A stretch of DNA of 64,000 nt from NCBI GenBank assembly GCA_963773685.1, contig CAVZBY010000002.1, positions 274,038 through 338,037 on the forward strand, given 5' to 3'. A model generated the notes under the pieces. It saw only the letters and a program-made list of their open reading frames with translations, had not been told where the DNA came from and did not search any database. Of the stretch, positions 49,961 to 59,949 are shown in pieces (position 1 is the first letter of the stretch; each line of letters begins with the position of its first letter). The translations under genes and the position numbers were made by a program. Source of the DNA: Candidatus Aminicenantes bacterium. Lineage in GTDB: Bacteria; Acidobacteriota; Aminicenantia; Aminicenantales; Saccharicenantaceae.

Positions 49961-52067
49961 GGCTCCCGGCGCTCCTCCTCGTCCTCGCCCTGCCGTCCGG
50001 CGCGTCCCGGGTCTTCTCCGCCGCGCGGCAGGGAAGAGGGCGACCCGAACGTCCTTCTCGTGACCCTCGACACGACGCGGGCGGACCACATCGGGGCCTA
50101 CGGATACGCGAAGGCCCGGACGCCGGTCCTCGATGCCCTGGCCCGGAACGGCGTCCGCTTCGCCAACGCTGTATTGCGCGACGCCGCTGACCCTCCCTTC
50201 GCACTGCTCGATCCTCACGGGGACCTATCCGCTCCGGCACAAGGTCCGCAACAACGGGTCCTATTATCTCGGAGACGATGCGGTGACGCTGGCCGAGAGG
50301 CTCAAGGAGAGCGGATACGACACCGCCGCGTTCGTCGCTTCGTTCAACACCGATTCGCGGTTCGGGCTCGGCCAGGGGTTCGACGTCTACGACGACCAGT
50401 TCCTCGAGGACGAGCTCCTGAAGGCGTTCAAGTCCGAGAGGACGGCCGACAAGGTCGCGGACGCGTTCATCTCCTGGCTGGGGGCGAAGCCCCGGGACCG
50501 CTTCTTTTCCTGGGTCCATTTTTTCGATCCCCATGCGCCTTATGAGCCTCCCGCGCCCTATAAAGAAAGGTTCGCCTCCGACCCCTATGACGGCGAGATC
50601 GCCTTCATGGACCACGAGCTCGGGAGGATCATCGAGGCCTTGAAGGCCAAGGGCCTTCTCGAGCGCACCCTGATCGTCCTGGCCGGAGACCACGGCGAAT
50701 CCCTGGGCGAGCACGGGGAGAGCGATCACGGCATCTTCATCTACGACGCCGCGATGAAGGTCCCTCTCGTCCTCCATGCCCCGGGGGCCCTTCCGCGGGG
50801 GACGGCCGTGGGCGCGCGCGTCCGGCTTATCGACATCATGCCGACCGTCCTCGATTGGCTGAAGGCGGGCGTGAATCCCGAGGTCCAGGGGACGAGCCTC
50901 CTGCCCTTCATCGAGGGGAAGAGGAAGGATGACCTGCCCTGTTACCTCGAGACCTTCTACCCGAGGGAGACCTTCGGCTGGTCCGAGCTCGTGGGGCTCG
51001 TCGATGCGGACCGGAAGTTCATCCGGGCCCCCCGTTCGGAGCTCTACGACATCGAAAAGGACCCCGGAGAGCTGAAGGACCTGGCCTCGAGGGAATCCCG
51101 GACGGCCACGGCCCTCAACAAGAAGCTCGACGAGGTCATCCGCGCCCACGTCTCGAACGCGGAACCGGGACGCAGGACCGTGACGGGGGCCGAGGCCGAC
51201 CGCCTGCGCTCCCTGGGCTACGTCGCGGCGGGCGCGGCCCCGACGTCCGGGAAAGGCCCTTTGCCGGACCCGAAGGACAAGATCGGGGAAAACGCCATCC
51301 TGTCGCGGGCGCGGCTCCTGGAAGCGGAGGGCAAGTACGCCGAATCGGAAAAGGAATATCGCGACCTGCTCCGCCTGCGGCCCGAGGTGCCCTGGAACTA
51401 CATCGTCCTGGGCCTCCTGCTGGCCAAGGCCGAGCGGGCGGACGAGGGCATCGAGGTCCTGCAGGACGGCCTGAGGAGGATACCGGATTCGCTCGACCTG
51501 CTCTCGAACCTGGCCGAGCTCCTATATGAGGGCCGGCAAGTTCCCCCAGGCTTCCGAGACGAGCCGTGATGTTCTGAAGCGCGACCCCCGGAATTTCGAC
51601 GCGATGGTCATCGCGGGCTGGTCCGAGGACATGCTCGCCCATTGGACGGAGCGCGGCCGGCTTCTACCGCATGGCCTTGGAGGTCGAGCCGGAGAACAAG
51701 ACCCTCCGGATGAAATATGCCTATGTCCTGGGCGCCCTGGGCCGGGGCGACGAGGCCGCCGGCCATGGATGAGGCGCTCAAGAAGGAGTATCCGGCGGAC
51801 CCGAAGATCCGGACCGATCTCTCGGTCATCTATACGGCCCTGGGGAAGATGGACCTGGCGGAGGAGAACCTCCGGAAGGCGGTCGCCCTGAGCCCGACGC
51901 CCGAGAATCATCATCGGCTGGCCTCGCTCCTCGGCCGGGTCGGAAAGCTCGAGGAGGCCGTCGTCCAGATGAAGCTCTATCTCAGGACGACCAAAGAAGG
52001 GGAGACGCCCCGGAAGGCCCGCGCCCGCGAGGCCGTCGCGGAATGGGAAAGGCGGATATCGAAATGA
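49957..52067 (+). CDS. sulfatase-family domain plus TPR fusion, paralog #2, several frame shifts
   Basis: MRLPALLLVLALPSGAS.., ..VLLVTLDTTRADHIGAYG.., ..LTLPSHCSILTGTYP.., ..VLAGDHGESLGEHGESDHGIFIY.., TPRs (..EYRDLLRLRPEVPWNYIVLGLLL..), ends ..EWERRISK*. Confidence 0.65.
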
Positions 52068-54174
52068 AGAGGCGCTGGGCCTGTCCTGGCCGTCGCGGTC
52101 CTCGCCGCGGGGGGACCGCTTCCCGGGAGCGCCGCGGGCGACGTGAAACGGGAGGAAGGGCTCAACGTCCTCCTCGTGACCCTGGACACGACGAGGGCCG
52201 ACCGTCTCGGCGCGTACGGATATGACAAGGCCCGGACGCCCGCCCTCGATGCCCTGGCGAAGAACGGGGTTCGGTTCGCGAACGCTTATTGCGAGGTCCC
52301 GATGACCCTGCCCTCGCACTGTTCCATCCTCACGGGAACCGGTCCGCTCTACCACAAGGTCCATAACAACGGGACCTATTACCTCAACAAGGACATCGTC
52401 ACCCTGACCGAGAGACTCAAGGCCAAGGGGTATGCGACGGCGGCGTTCGTCAGCTCGTTCAACGTGGACTCCCGCTTCGGCGTCGGGAAAGGGTTCGATG
52501 TCTTCGACGACCGGTTCCGCGACGACGAGATGATGAAGACCTTCCGTTCGGAGAGGCGGGCGGGGGAGACCACGGCGGCCTTCCTCCGCTGGCTGGACGG
52601 GCGGGGGGACGGACCGTTCTTCTCATGGATCCATTATTACGACCCCCATACGCCCTATAAACCCCCGTCGCCGTTCCGGGAACAGCTCGCTCCGACCCGT
52701 ACGACGGCGAGATCGCCTACATGGACGAGTGCTTCGGGAAGGTCCTGGCGCGGCTCCGCGAAAAGAACCTGCTCGAGCGGACGCTCATCGTGGTCGCCGC
52801 CGACCACGGCGAGGCCTTTGGAGAGCGGGGGGAGCTGGGTCATGGCGTTTTCATCTACGACGTCACGATGAAGGTCCCGCTCCTCATCCACGCCCCCAAG
52901 AACCTTCCGGCGGGCCTGGTCGTCGCGTCGCGGGTCAGGCTCATGGATATCATGCCGACCGTCCTGGACGCGCTGAAGATGCCCGCGGGCAAGGAGGTCC
53001 AGGGGACGAGCCTTCTGCCCTACATCGAGGGTCGAAGGAAGGACGATCTTCCCTGCTACATGGAAAGCTATTATCCGCTGGAGACCTACGGCTGGTCCGA
53101 GCTGGTCGGCCTCGTCGACGGCGACTGGAAATTCATCCGCGCCCCGCGGCCCGAGCTCTATGATCTCAAGTCGGACCCGGCGGAGATGCGGGACCTCGTC
53201 CAGAAACAGGCGGGGCGGGCCTCGGGCGATGATGCGCGAGCTCAAGGACATGATCGCCGCGTCCGCATCCGACCTCGGCCAGAGCCGGAGGAAGCTCAGC
53301 CGGGAAGAGGAGGAGCGCCTGAGGTCTCTCGGCTACGTGGGGAGCGACGCTTCGGTCCGTGTCGGCAAAGGCCCGCTTCCCGACCCCAAGGACATGATGT
53401 CCGAGTTCCAGATCCTCTACCGGGCCAAGACGAACGAATGGGACGAGAAATGGGACGCCGCGGAGAAGGATTACCGGGAGATCCTCCGCCTCCAGCCCGA
53501 CGTCGCCTGGCGTTATGTCGACCTGGCGATCTTCCTGACGATCCGGGACAGGCTCCCCGATGCCATCGAGGTCCTCAGGCAGGGGCTGGCGCGGATGCCG
53601 GATTCCTTCGTCCTCCTCACGCGGCTCGCCCATCTGGAGATGGGTGCGGGCCGATACGACGAGGCCTACGAAATGAGCCAGGCGGCCCTCCGGATCGACC
53701 CCGGGTATTTCGACGCCCTGGTCATCGCCGCCGGGGTCGAGGACGTCCGCGGCCATTGGGAGGCTTCCGAAAAGGATCTACCGGCGGGCCCTCGCGGTCG
53801 AGCCCGAGAACAAAAAGGTCCGGATGAAGCAGGCCTATCGCGCTGGGAGCCATGGGGCGGGGAGAGGAGGCCGTGAAGATCGACGAGGCCTTGAAGGCGG
53901 AATACCCCGACGACTCCCGGCTCCGCCAGGACCTGGGCGTGATCTACGCCGACCTCGGCCGATGGGACCTGGCCGAAGAGAACATGAGGAAGGCCGTCGA
54001 GCTCCAGCCGTCGCCCGAGACCTGGTTCAACCTCGCGTCCGTCCTCGAACAGGCGGGGAACCTCGCCGAGGCCGTCCGCTATCTCAGGCTCTACATCGAG
54101 AAGACCACGGAGGGCGAGACGCTCCGCAAGGCGAACGCCCGGAAGGCCCTGGCCGATTGGCAGAGGCGCGCTGA
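52064..54174 (+). CDS. sulfatase-family domain plus TPR fusion, paralog #3, several frame shifts (3' end approximate)
   Basis: MKRRWA then a frame shift, then ..LNVLLVTLDTTRADRLGAYG.., ..MTLPSHCSILTGTGP.., ..VVAADHGEAFGERGELGHGVFIY.., TPRs (..DYREILRLQPDVAWRYVDLAIFL..), ending ..LADWQRR. The true stop is masked by a frame change within 54170..54215. Confidence 0.6.
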
Positions 54175-54223
54175 AGCCGCCGGAGGGCCCGTGACCGATA
54201 ATCGGAAAACCATGGAGGTTCAG

Positions 54224-55668
54224 ATGAAAACAAAAGGTCATCGTCCTGGCGACCCTGCTCGTCGTCGGTCTCGCCGGGCTCGTCCCGAGCGCGTCCGCGG
54301 CGAAGAAGGAGCCGGACAAGTACGAGAAGTGGCTCAAGGAAGAGGTCCCGCTCCTCATCCTTCCCGAAGAGAAGGCCGAGTTCGAAAAGCTCAAGACGGA
54401 CGAGGACAAGGACCGGTTCATCGAGCTGTTCTGGGCCAAGAGGGACCCGTCGCCCAACTCCAAGGTCAACGAGTTCCGGGACGAGTGGATGGCGCGGCTC
54501 GCGCACGTCACCAAGGCCTATGCGGCCGGCGTCGGGCCCAAGGGCTGGCGCTCGGATATGGGCAAGGTCTATCTGTTCTTCGGGCCCCCGGCCCAGGTCC
54601 AGGGAGGGGCGACCGGGGTGAGGCGCGAGTCCACGGAAGGGTCCCAGATGGATGCCCCGTCCGAGACCTGGGTCTATCCGCCGATGCCCGACCTCAGCCT
54701 GACCGACCAGTTCCCGATCATTTTCCGGAACTATCAGTTCGGGTACGAGCTCGACCCGGCGACCCCCCAGAAGATCCGCCGGGCCATGGAGGTCTTCCCC
54801 AAGGTCGTCGTCTTCAACCCCGACCTCAAGGAACTGCCGATGTACAAGTACGTCCTGGACGAGAATTCTCTCGGAGGGCAAGATGATCCGGGACTTCATC
54901 GCGACCGGGAACGAGATCAAGGGAATCGCCCTCGAGTGGGCGCCGATTTACACCCGGGCCATGGGCGGCAGCACGTATGTCTCCCTGCTCGTCCAGGTCG
55001 ACCCGGGGACCATCGACCGGAAGAAGCTGAAGGAAACGACCTTCTTCGGCCGTCTCAAGGGCGACGGCGAGGAGGTCCAGGACTTCCTGACGACGGTCCG
55101 GGTCGAAAAGGAGAAGGCCGACAAGCTGGTCATGGTCTTCGGCTTCCCCGCCAAGCCCGGAAGGTCGGTCCTCTATCTCGGCGCGGAGGACAAGGACAAG
55201 GAGAACCCGACCCTGCTCAAGGCCGACTTGGACGTCAAGGATTTCTGGAAGGGCGAGCTCGATACGAGCTCCCTCATCCTCAGCTCCGAGGTCGTCTCCA
55301 AGCCCAAGGAAGAAGCGGCCGGGGAATTCAGCCCCTACGTCACGAGCGATTACCGGGCCACGCCACGATGGGGAAGCGTCTTCCGGGCGAACGAGGACCT
55401 GAGCGTCCTGTTCCACATCTACAACGCCGCGTTGCAGAACGGCGAGGTCGATCTGATCGTCGACTACTTCATCATTTCGGCCGAGGTGGGCTTTCGGCTG
55501 AATCCGCAGACGATCCGGGCGAAGGTCGAGGAGAACCAGGCCGTTGCCGGAGGAACCCAGGTTCCGCTGTCCCCGCTCAAGCCCGGAAAATACACGTTCA
55601 AGATCAAGATCACCGACAAGATCGCCAACAAGACGATCGATCGGACCACGGAATTCGCGGTCGAATAA
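54224..55668 (+). CDS. GWxTD-domain protein #2, 2 frame shifts (in the aaaacaaaa homopolymer at the start, and near 54880)
   Basis: MKTK then a frame shift, then ..VIVLATLLVVGLAGLVPSASAAKKEPDKYEKWLKEEVPLLILPEEKAEFEKLKTDEDKDRFIELFWAKRDPSPNS..GPKGWRSDMGKVYLFFGPP.. (the GWxSD motif). It continues in ORF 54883..55668. Confidence 0.6.
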
Positions 55669-55679
55669 GGGGGGAGCCG

Positions 55680-56288
55680 ATGAAACGAAACTTCCCGGTG
55701 TTGGCCCTTTGCGGACTGGCGGTCCTGGCCGCGGCGTGCGCGACCGTCGCCCCGGCGGGGACGGGGGGCGAGGCGTCGCGGGCGGCGACGTTCAGCTACA
55801 AATGGGAGGACACGAACCTGGCGATCGTCCTGGACGTCGAGCTGGCCCGGAGGCGCACGGACGAAGCCTATTTTCCCCTGGGCATCAAGATCGCCAACAA
55901 GCGCCTGAATAGGATCATCGTCGACCGGGAGACGCTCTTCCTGGTCGATGAGAACGGGACCGTTTACCCGATGCCGTCGGTCGAGGAGCTGTCGCTCCAG
56001 TACAACAAGCTCGTCCCGGACAACAAGTTCAAGAGCCAGACCGGCGTCCTGGGGGACGAGATGATGACCGGATTCACGATGTACCGGAAGGCCGTCGGGA
56101 GGCTCTTCCCGCAGACCCAGGGCGGCGGACGGACCGTGGATTCCATCTACGTCCAGAAGAACGGCTACATGGAGGACCTCGTCTATTTCCCGATGCCCGA
56201 GGGCGGGATCAAGGGAAAGACCCTCAGGCTCAGGCTGGACGTCTATGAGCTGGGCAAGCCGCTCGATGTCGCGTTCCGCGTCGAATAG
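55680..56288 (+). CDS. putative lipoprotein / secreted protein of unknown function
   Basis: MKRNFPVLALCGLAVLAAACATVAP.. is a signal peptide with a lipobox-like AAAC. 202 aa, intact, 11 nt after GWxTD #2. No family recognised. Confidence 0.45.
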   Translation: MKRNFPVLALCGLAVLAAACATVAPAGTGGEASRAATFSYKWEDTNLAIVLDVELARRRTDEAYFPLGIKIANKRLNRIIVDRETLFLVDENGTVYPMPSVEELSLQYNKLVPDNKFKSQTGVLGDEMMTGFTMYRKAVGRLFPQTQGGGRTVDSIYVQKNGYMEDLVYFPMPEGGIKGKTLRLRLDVYELGKPLDVAFRVE

Positions 56289-56354
56289 ACCTTCCCGAGC
56301 CTTGGCCGGGTCCTGGCGGCCGCCGGCGCGGCCGTCCTGGCCCTCGGAGCCTCG

Positions 56355-57167
56355 GTGCCGCCGGCCGGACAGGATCCGGCGGGGACGGAACCGGCGGCGT
56401 GGAGCCGGGAGGTCAAGGAGGATTTCCTGCGGACGGCGGAGATCGTCAGCACCAAGGTCATCACGGAGGGAACGACGCGGTCGGAGCGCGCCACCCTCCA
56501 GGACGCGCGGGGCGTCCATGACGCCCACATCCAGAAGATCGACGTGTCCGCGACCAAGTTCGAGGGCGTCGGGGGGCAGTGGGAGCTCAATTTCCGGGAC
56601 ACCTGTAAGTTCAACCTGGCCGCTTACATCCTGAACCGCCTCCTGGGGATGAACATGATCCCGCCGACGGTCGAGCGGAAGGTCGGCAAGCGGCCGGCGG
56701 CCGTGACCTGGTGGATCGACGATGTCCTGATGGATGAAAAGGAGCGGCTCGAGCGGGAGGTGCTCCCGCCGGTCCCGGAGAGGGACCGCTGGAACCGTCA
56801 GATCCATATCGTCCGCGTCTTCGACCAGCTCATCGCCAACAAGGACCGGAACATCGAGAATATCATCATCACCCGCAGCTGGGACGTCTGGATCATCGAC
56901 CACACGCGCGCCTTCCGCGCCTATAAGCAGCTCCTCAGCTCCGACGACCTGGTCCGTTGTGACCGGGTCCTGCTCGAGGCGATGCGCCGGCTGGACAAGC
57001 CGACCGTCGTCGAAAAGCTCGGGGCTTATCTTACGGACCTGGAGATCGACGGGATCCTGGCGCGTCGCGACAGGATCGTCCGGTTCTTCGACGCCAAGGC
57101 CGCCGGGGAAGGCGGGGATACCGTGCTGTTCGATTATCTCTCCGAGCGGAAGGTCGACGGACCCTGA
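56355..57167 (+). CDS. atypical protein-kinase-like (PKL/APH-type catalytic-loop) domain protein, probably exported. N-terminus uncertain
   Basis: ..VFDQLIANKDRNIENIIITRSWDVWIIDHTRAF.. resembles the D(L/R)xxxNI(L/I)(L/I) catalytic loop and the xIDFG/IDH activation segment of ePK/APH-like kinases. The in-frame upstream ..RVLAAAGAAVLALGAS.. looks like a signal-peptide h-region but lacks a start codon, so a frame shift or rare start is likely. Confidence 0.4.
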   Translation: MPPAGQDPAGTEPAAWSREVKEDFLRTAEIVSTKVITEGTTRSERATLQDARGVHDAHIQKIDVSATKFEGVGGQWELNFRDTCKFNLAAYILNRLLGMNMIPPTVERKVGKRPAAVTWWIDDVLMDEKERLEREVLPPVPERDRWNRQIHIVRVFDQLIANKDRNIENIIITRSWDVWIIDHTRAFRAYKQLLSSDDLVRCDRVLLEAMRRLDKPTVVEKLGAYLTDLEIDGILARRDRIVRFFDAKAAGEGGDTVLFDYLSERKVDGP

Positions 57168-57192
57168 AAGGAATGAACGGCGAGCCCCGCGC

Positions 57193-57456
57193 TCAGGCCA
57201 GGAACCGCAAGCCGTAGCGGGTGCTGGCGCTCGCCGGCACGGCCCAGACGACCTCGGCCCGGAGGGGAAGGCTCATCGACGGCTCCGGACCGGGGATCAG
57301 GATCCGGATAATGTCCTTTTCGCGAAGGGAGAGACGGGTGATCAGTCCGATCCCTCCCTGGCTGATGTCCACGGCCTGGGCGAGGAATTGCATGGCGGCG
57401 GGAACTCCCGCCCGTCTCATCGAGGGTCCCCGGCTCGAAATAAACCGGCCCGGCAT
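57193..57456 (-). CDS. stand-alone PilZ-domain protein (c-di-GMP receptor), copy 2
   Basis: 87 aa. ..RGPSMRR.. then ..AVDISQGGIGLIT.. (the RxxxR and DxSxxG PilZ motifs). Paralog of the upstream copy; both end GLRFL(A/S). Confidence 0.5.
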   Translation of the reverse strand: MPGRFISSRGPSMRRAGVPAAMQFLAQAVDISQGGIGLITRLSLREKDIIRILIPGPEPSMSLPLRAEVVWAVPASASTRYGLRFLA

Positions 57457-57521
57457 GGGACCACCGCCGATGGGCCCGGTTCTCCGCTCGGTTTTCCACG
57501 TTGTCCCTCACCTCACCGCGA

Positions 57522-57821
57522 TCAGGACAGGAACCGGAGGCCGGAGCGGAACTTGGCGCCTTCGGGCTTCGACCAGACCACCCCCGCGGCCACCGGGAGG
57601 TTCACGGTCAGGTCCGGCATCGGGAACAACAGGCGCACGGCCTCGTCCGGGACGAGCGGCTGAGGGGTGATGAGGCCGATGCCGCTCTGGCTGATGTCGG
57701 TTCCGTGGGCCATCACCGAGGAGTAGCCCGGATTCTCCGCGGACACGGAGAGGCGTTCGATATAAACGGGCTTGAGGTGCGGCCGGCGCGAATGAGACCT
57801 TTTGTCGTCGTAGAGTTCCAT
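57522..57821 (-). CDS. stand-alone PilZ-domain protein (c-di-GMP receptor), copy 1
   Basis: 99 aa. ..RSHSRRPH.. (RxxxR) then ..GTDISQSGIGLIT.. (DxSxxG). GGAGAAGGGGG ribosome-binding site upstream. Confidence 0.55.
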   Translation of the reverse strand: MELYDDKRSHSRRPHLKPVYIERLSVSAENPGYSSVMAHGTDISQSGIGLITPQPLVPDEAVRLLFPMPDLTVNLPVAAGVVWSKPEGAKFRSGLRFLS

Positions 57822-58010
57822 CCCCCTTCTCCTTATATTACTAATATATAGGCCCCCGGTCCCTGTCTGTCAACTAGGACCTCACCCCTCTCACCCCTTG
57901 AGGGGAGGGGGAGACCCCGAAAATCACCCCCGGATATCATCCTCCGAAGCGATTCCCCCCGGGGACCGGGTAGAGGATGATTCCATCCTCGACGCTCAGG
58001 ATCGACTAAA

Positions 58011-59878
58011 TTGGCAGAGATGCAAAAGCCTGGAAACGGCACGAAGCGGAATGCCTGCCGCGCGGGGCGGGGTCCGCGTGCGGGCCGGGAGCGCCGGCGT
58101 CCGGCCGCCCGGGAGATCGACGACCTGCGACGCCGGGCCCACCAGGCCGAACGGGAGGCCCAGGCCGCGAAGGCCCGACTGGAACATCTCCTCAGCGCGA
58201 GCTCGGGCGTCATCCTGAGCTGCCGGGCCGCCGATCACGGGGCCACCTTCGTCAGCCGGAGCGTGAAGACGGTCCTCGGTTACGAGCCCGACGAGTTCCT
58301 GAAGGAGCCGGCTTTCTGGCTCGAGGCCGTCCATCCCGAGGACCGGGAAGAGGTCGAGGCCATGTTCGCTTATGTCAGCGAGGTCGGGAACCTTGTCCAC
58401 GACTTCCGGATAAGGCACAGGGACGGAGGGTATCGCTGGCTCCGCGACGAGCTCCGCCTGTCCGTTCCTTCCGACGGGCGGGGGGCCGGCGAGATCGCCG
58501 CCTACTGGATCGACATCACCGAATCCAAGTCGCTCGAGGAACAGTACCTCCACGACGCCTTCCATGATACCCTGACCAACCTCCCGAACCGCGCCCTATT
58601 CGAGGACCGCCTCCGGGTATCCTTCGCCCGGGGCCGCCGGCGGAAAGGCTCCACGTTCGCCGTCCTGTACGTCGATCTCGACCGCTTCAAGAACGTCAAC
58701 GAGAGCCTGGGGCATGCCTTGGGGGACCGGCTCCTGGTGGCGGCGTCACGAGGCTGTTGAAGTGCGTCCGATTCGGGGACATCGTCGCCCGGCTCGGCGG
58801 AGACGAGTTCATCATCATCCTCGAGGACATCAAGGACCGGGCGGACATCGAAACGACGGCGGCGCGCATCCAGACGGAGATCGGGCGCCCCTACGACCTC
58901 GGCGGGGAGACGGAGGCGTTCGCCTCGGTCAGCATCGGTATCGCCATCGCCCACCCGGCCCTCGAAAGGCCCGAGCACCTTGTCCGGGACGCCGAGACCG
59001 CGATGTTCCGGGCGAAGGCCTCAGGCCGGGCCTGCCACGTCGTCTTCGACGGCGCCATGCGCGACAAGGCCATGACCGCCCTCCGGCTGGAAACGGACCT
59101 CCGGCGCGCGGTCGAGAGGAACGAGTTCGTCCTCTATTACCAGCCGATCTGCCGGCTGAAGGAAGGGACCGTGGCCGGGTTCGAGGCGCTTATCCGGTGG
59201 CGCCACCCGACACGTGGCCTGATCCTCCCGGGCCAGTTCATCTCCCAGGCCGAGGAGACGGGGCTCATCGTCCCGATGGGAGAATGGGCGCTCCGGGAAG
59301 CCTGCCGGCAGATGCGGGCCTGGCAGGAGGCCTTCCCGGGGACCCCGCCGCTCGGCATCAGCGTCAACCTCTCCAGCAAACAGCTCCTGCCGGGGTTCGC
59401 GGACCGTGTCCGGGACATCCTCTTCGAAACGGGGCTCGAGCCCTCCTCCCTGCAGCTCGAGATCACGGAAAGCACGATCATCGACGATCCCGATTGGGCG
59501 GCGGGCCTCTTCGCGGAGCTCCGGAACATGAAGGTCCGCGTCCTCATCGACGACTTCGGGACGGGGTACTCGTCCATGAACTACCTCAGCAAGCTCTCGA
59601 TCGACGGGCTGAAGATCGACCGGAGCTTCATCGGCGCCATGAGCCCGTCGGGGGAGGGGCTGGAGATCGTCCGGATGATCCTGGCCCTCGCCCGGAACCT
59701 GGGCCTCACGGTCGTGGCCGAGGGCGTCGAGACGGCCGAGCAGATGGAATTCCTGAGATGGCTGAACGGCGAGTTCGCCCAGGGGTTCTACTTCGCCGAG
59801 CCGCTGGACGCCTCCGCGGCCGAGCGGTTCCTGGCCGCCAAGACGAAGGGAGCGTCGGCGACCCGTCCCGGCCTCTGA
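58011..59878 (+). CDS. PAS-GGDEF-EAL c-di-GMP turnover protein, 1 frame shift near 58745
   Basis: N-terminal coiled-coil, PAS (..FVSRSVKTVLGYEPDEFL..VHPEDREEV..), GGDEF (..NLPNRALFEDRL.., RLGGDEF in the second frame) and EAL (..FEALIRW.., EITES, DDFGTGYSS, QGFYFAEP). TTG start. Confidence 0.8.
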
Positions 59879-59895
59879 AGCCCCGCCATCGTGGC

Positions 59896-59924
59896 TTGCC
59901 AATTGCCTCCTCCGGTCCTATAAT
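59896..59924 (+). promoter_or_regulatory. near-consensus sigma70 promoter (TTGCCA, 17-nt spacer, TATAAT) 26 nt upstream of the S9-peptidase gene
   Basis: Direct sequence match. AAAGGAG ribosome-binding site at 59937. Confidence 0.55.
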
Positions 59925-59949
59925 CCCCATCTTCGCGAAAGGAGCGTCC

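Noticed and set aside
54170-54230. Translational fusion of sulfatase/TPR paralog #3 with GWxTD #2
   Set aside because: The continuous frame here is most likely an artefact of an indel masking the stop (a TGA is present one frame over at 54172). Paralogs #1 and #2 end with ..EWERRI(KGR/SK)* at the equivalent position.
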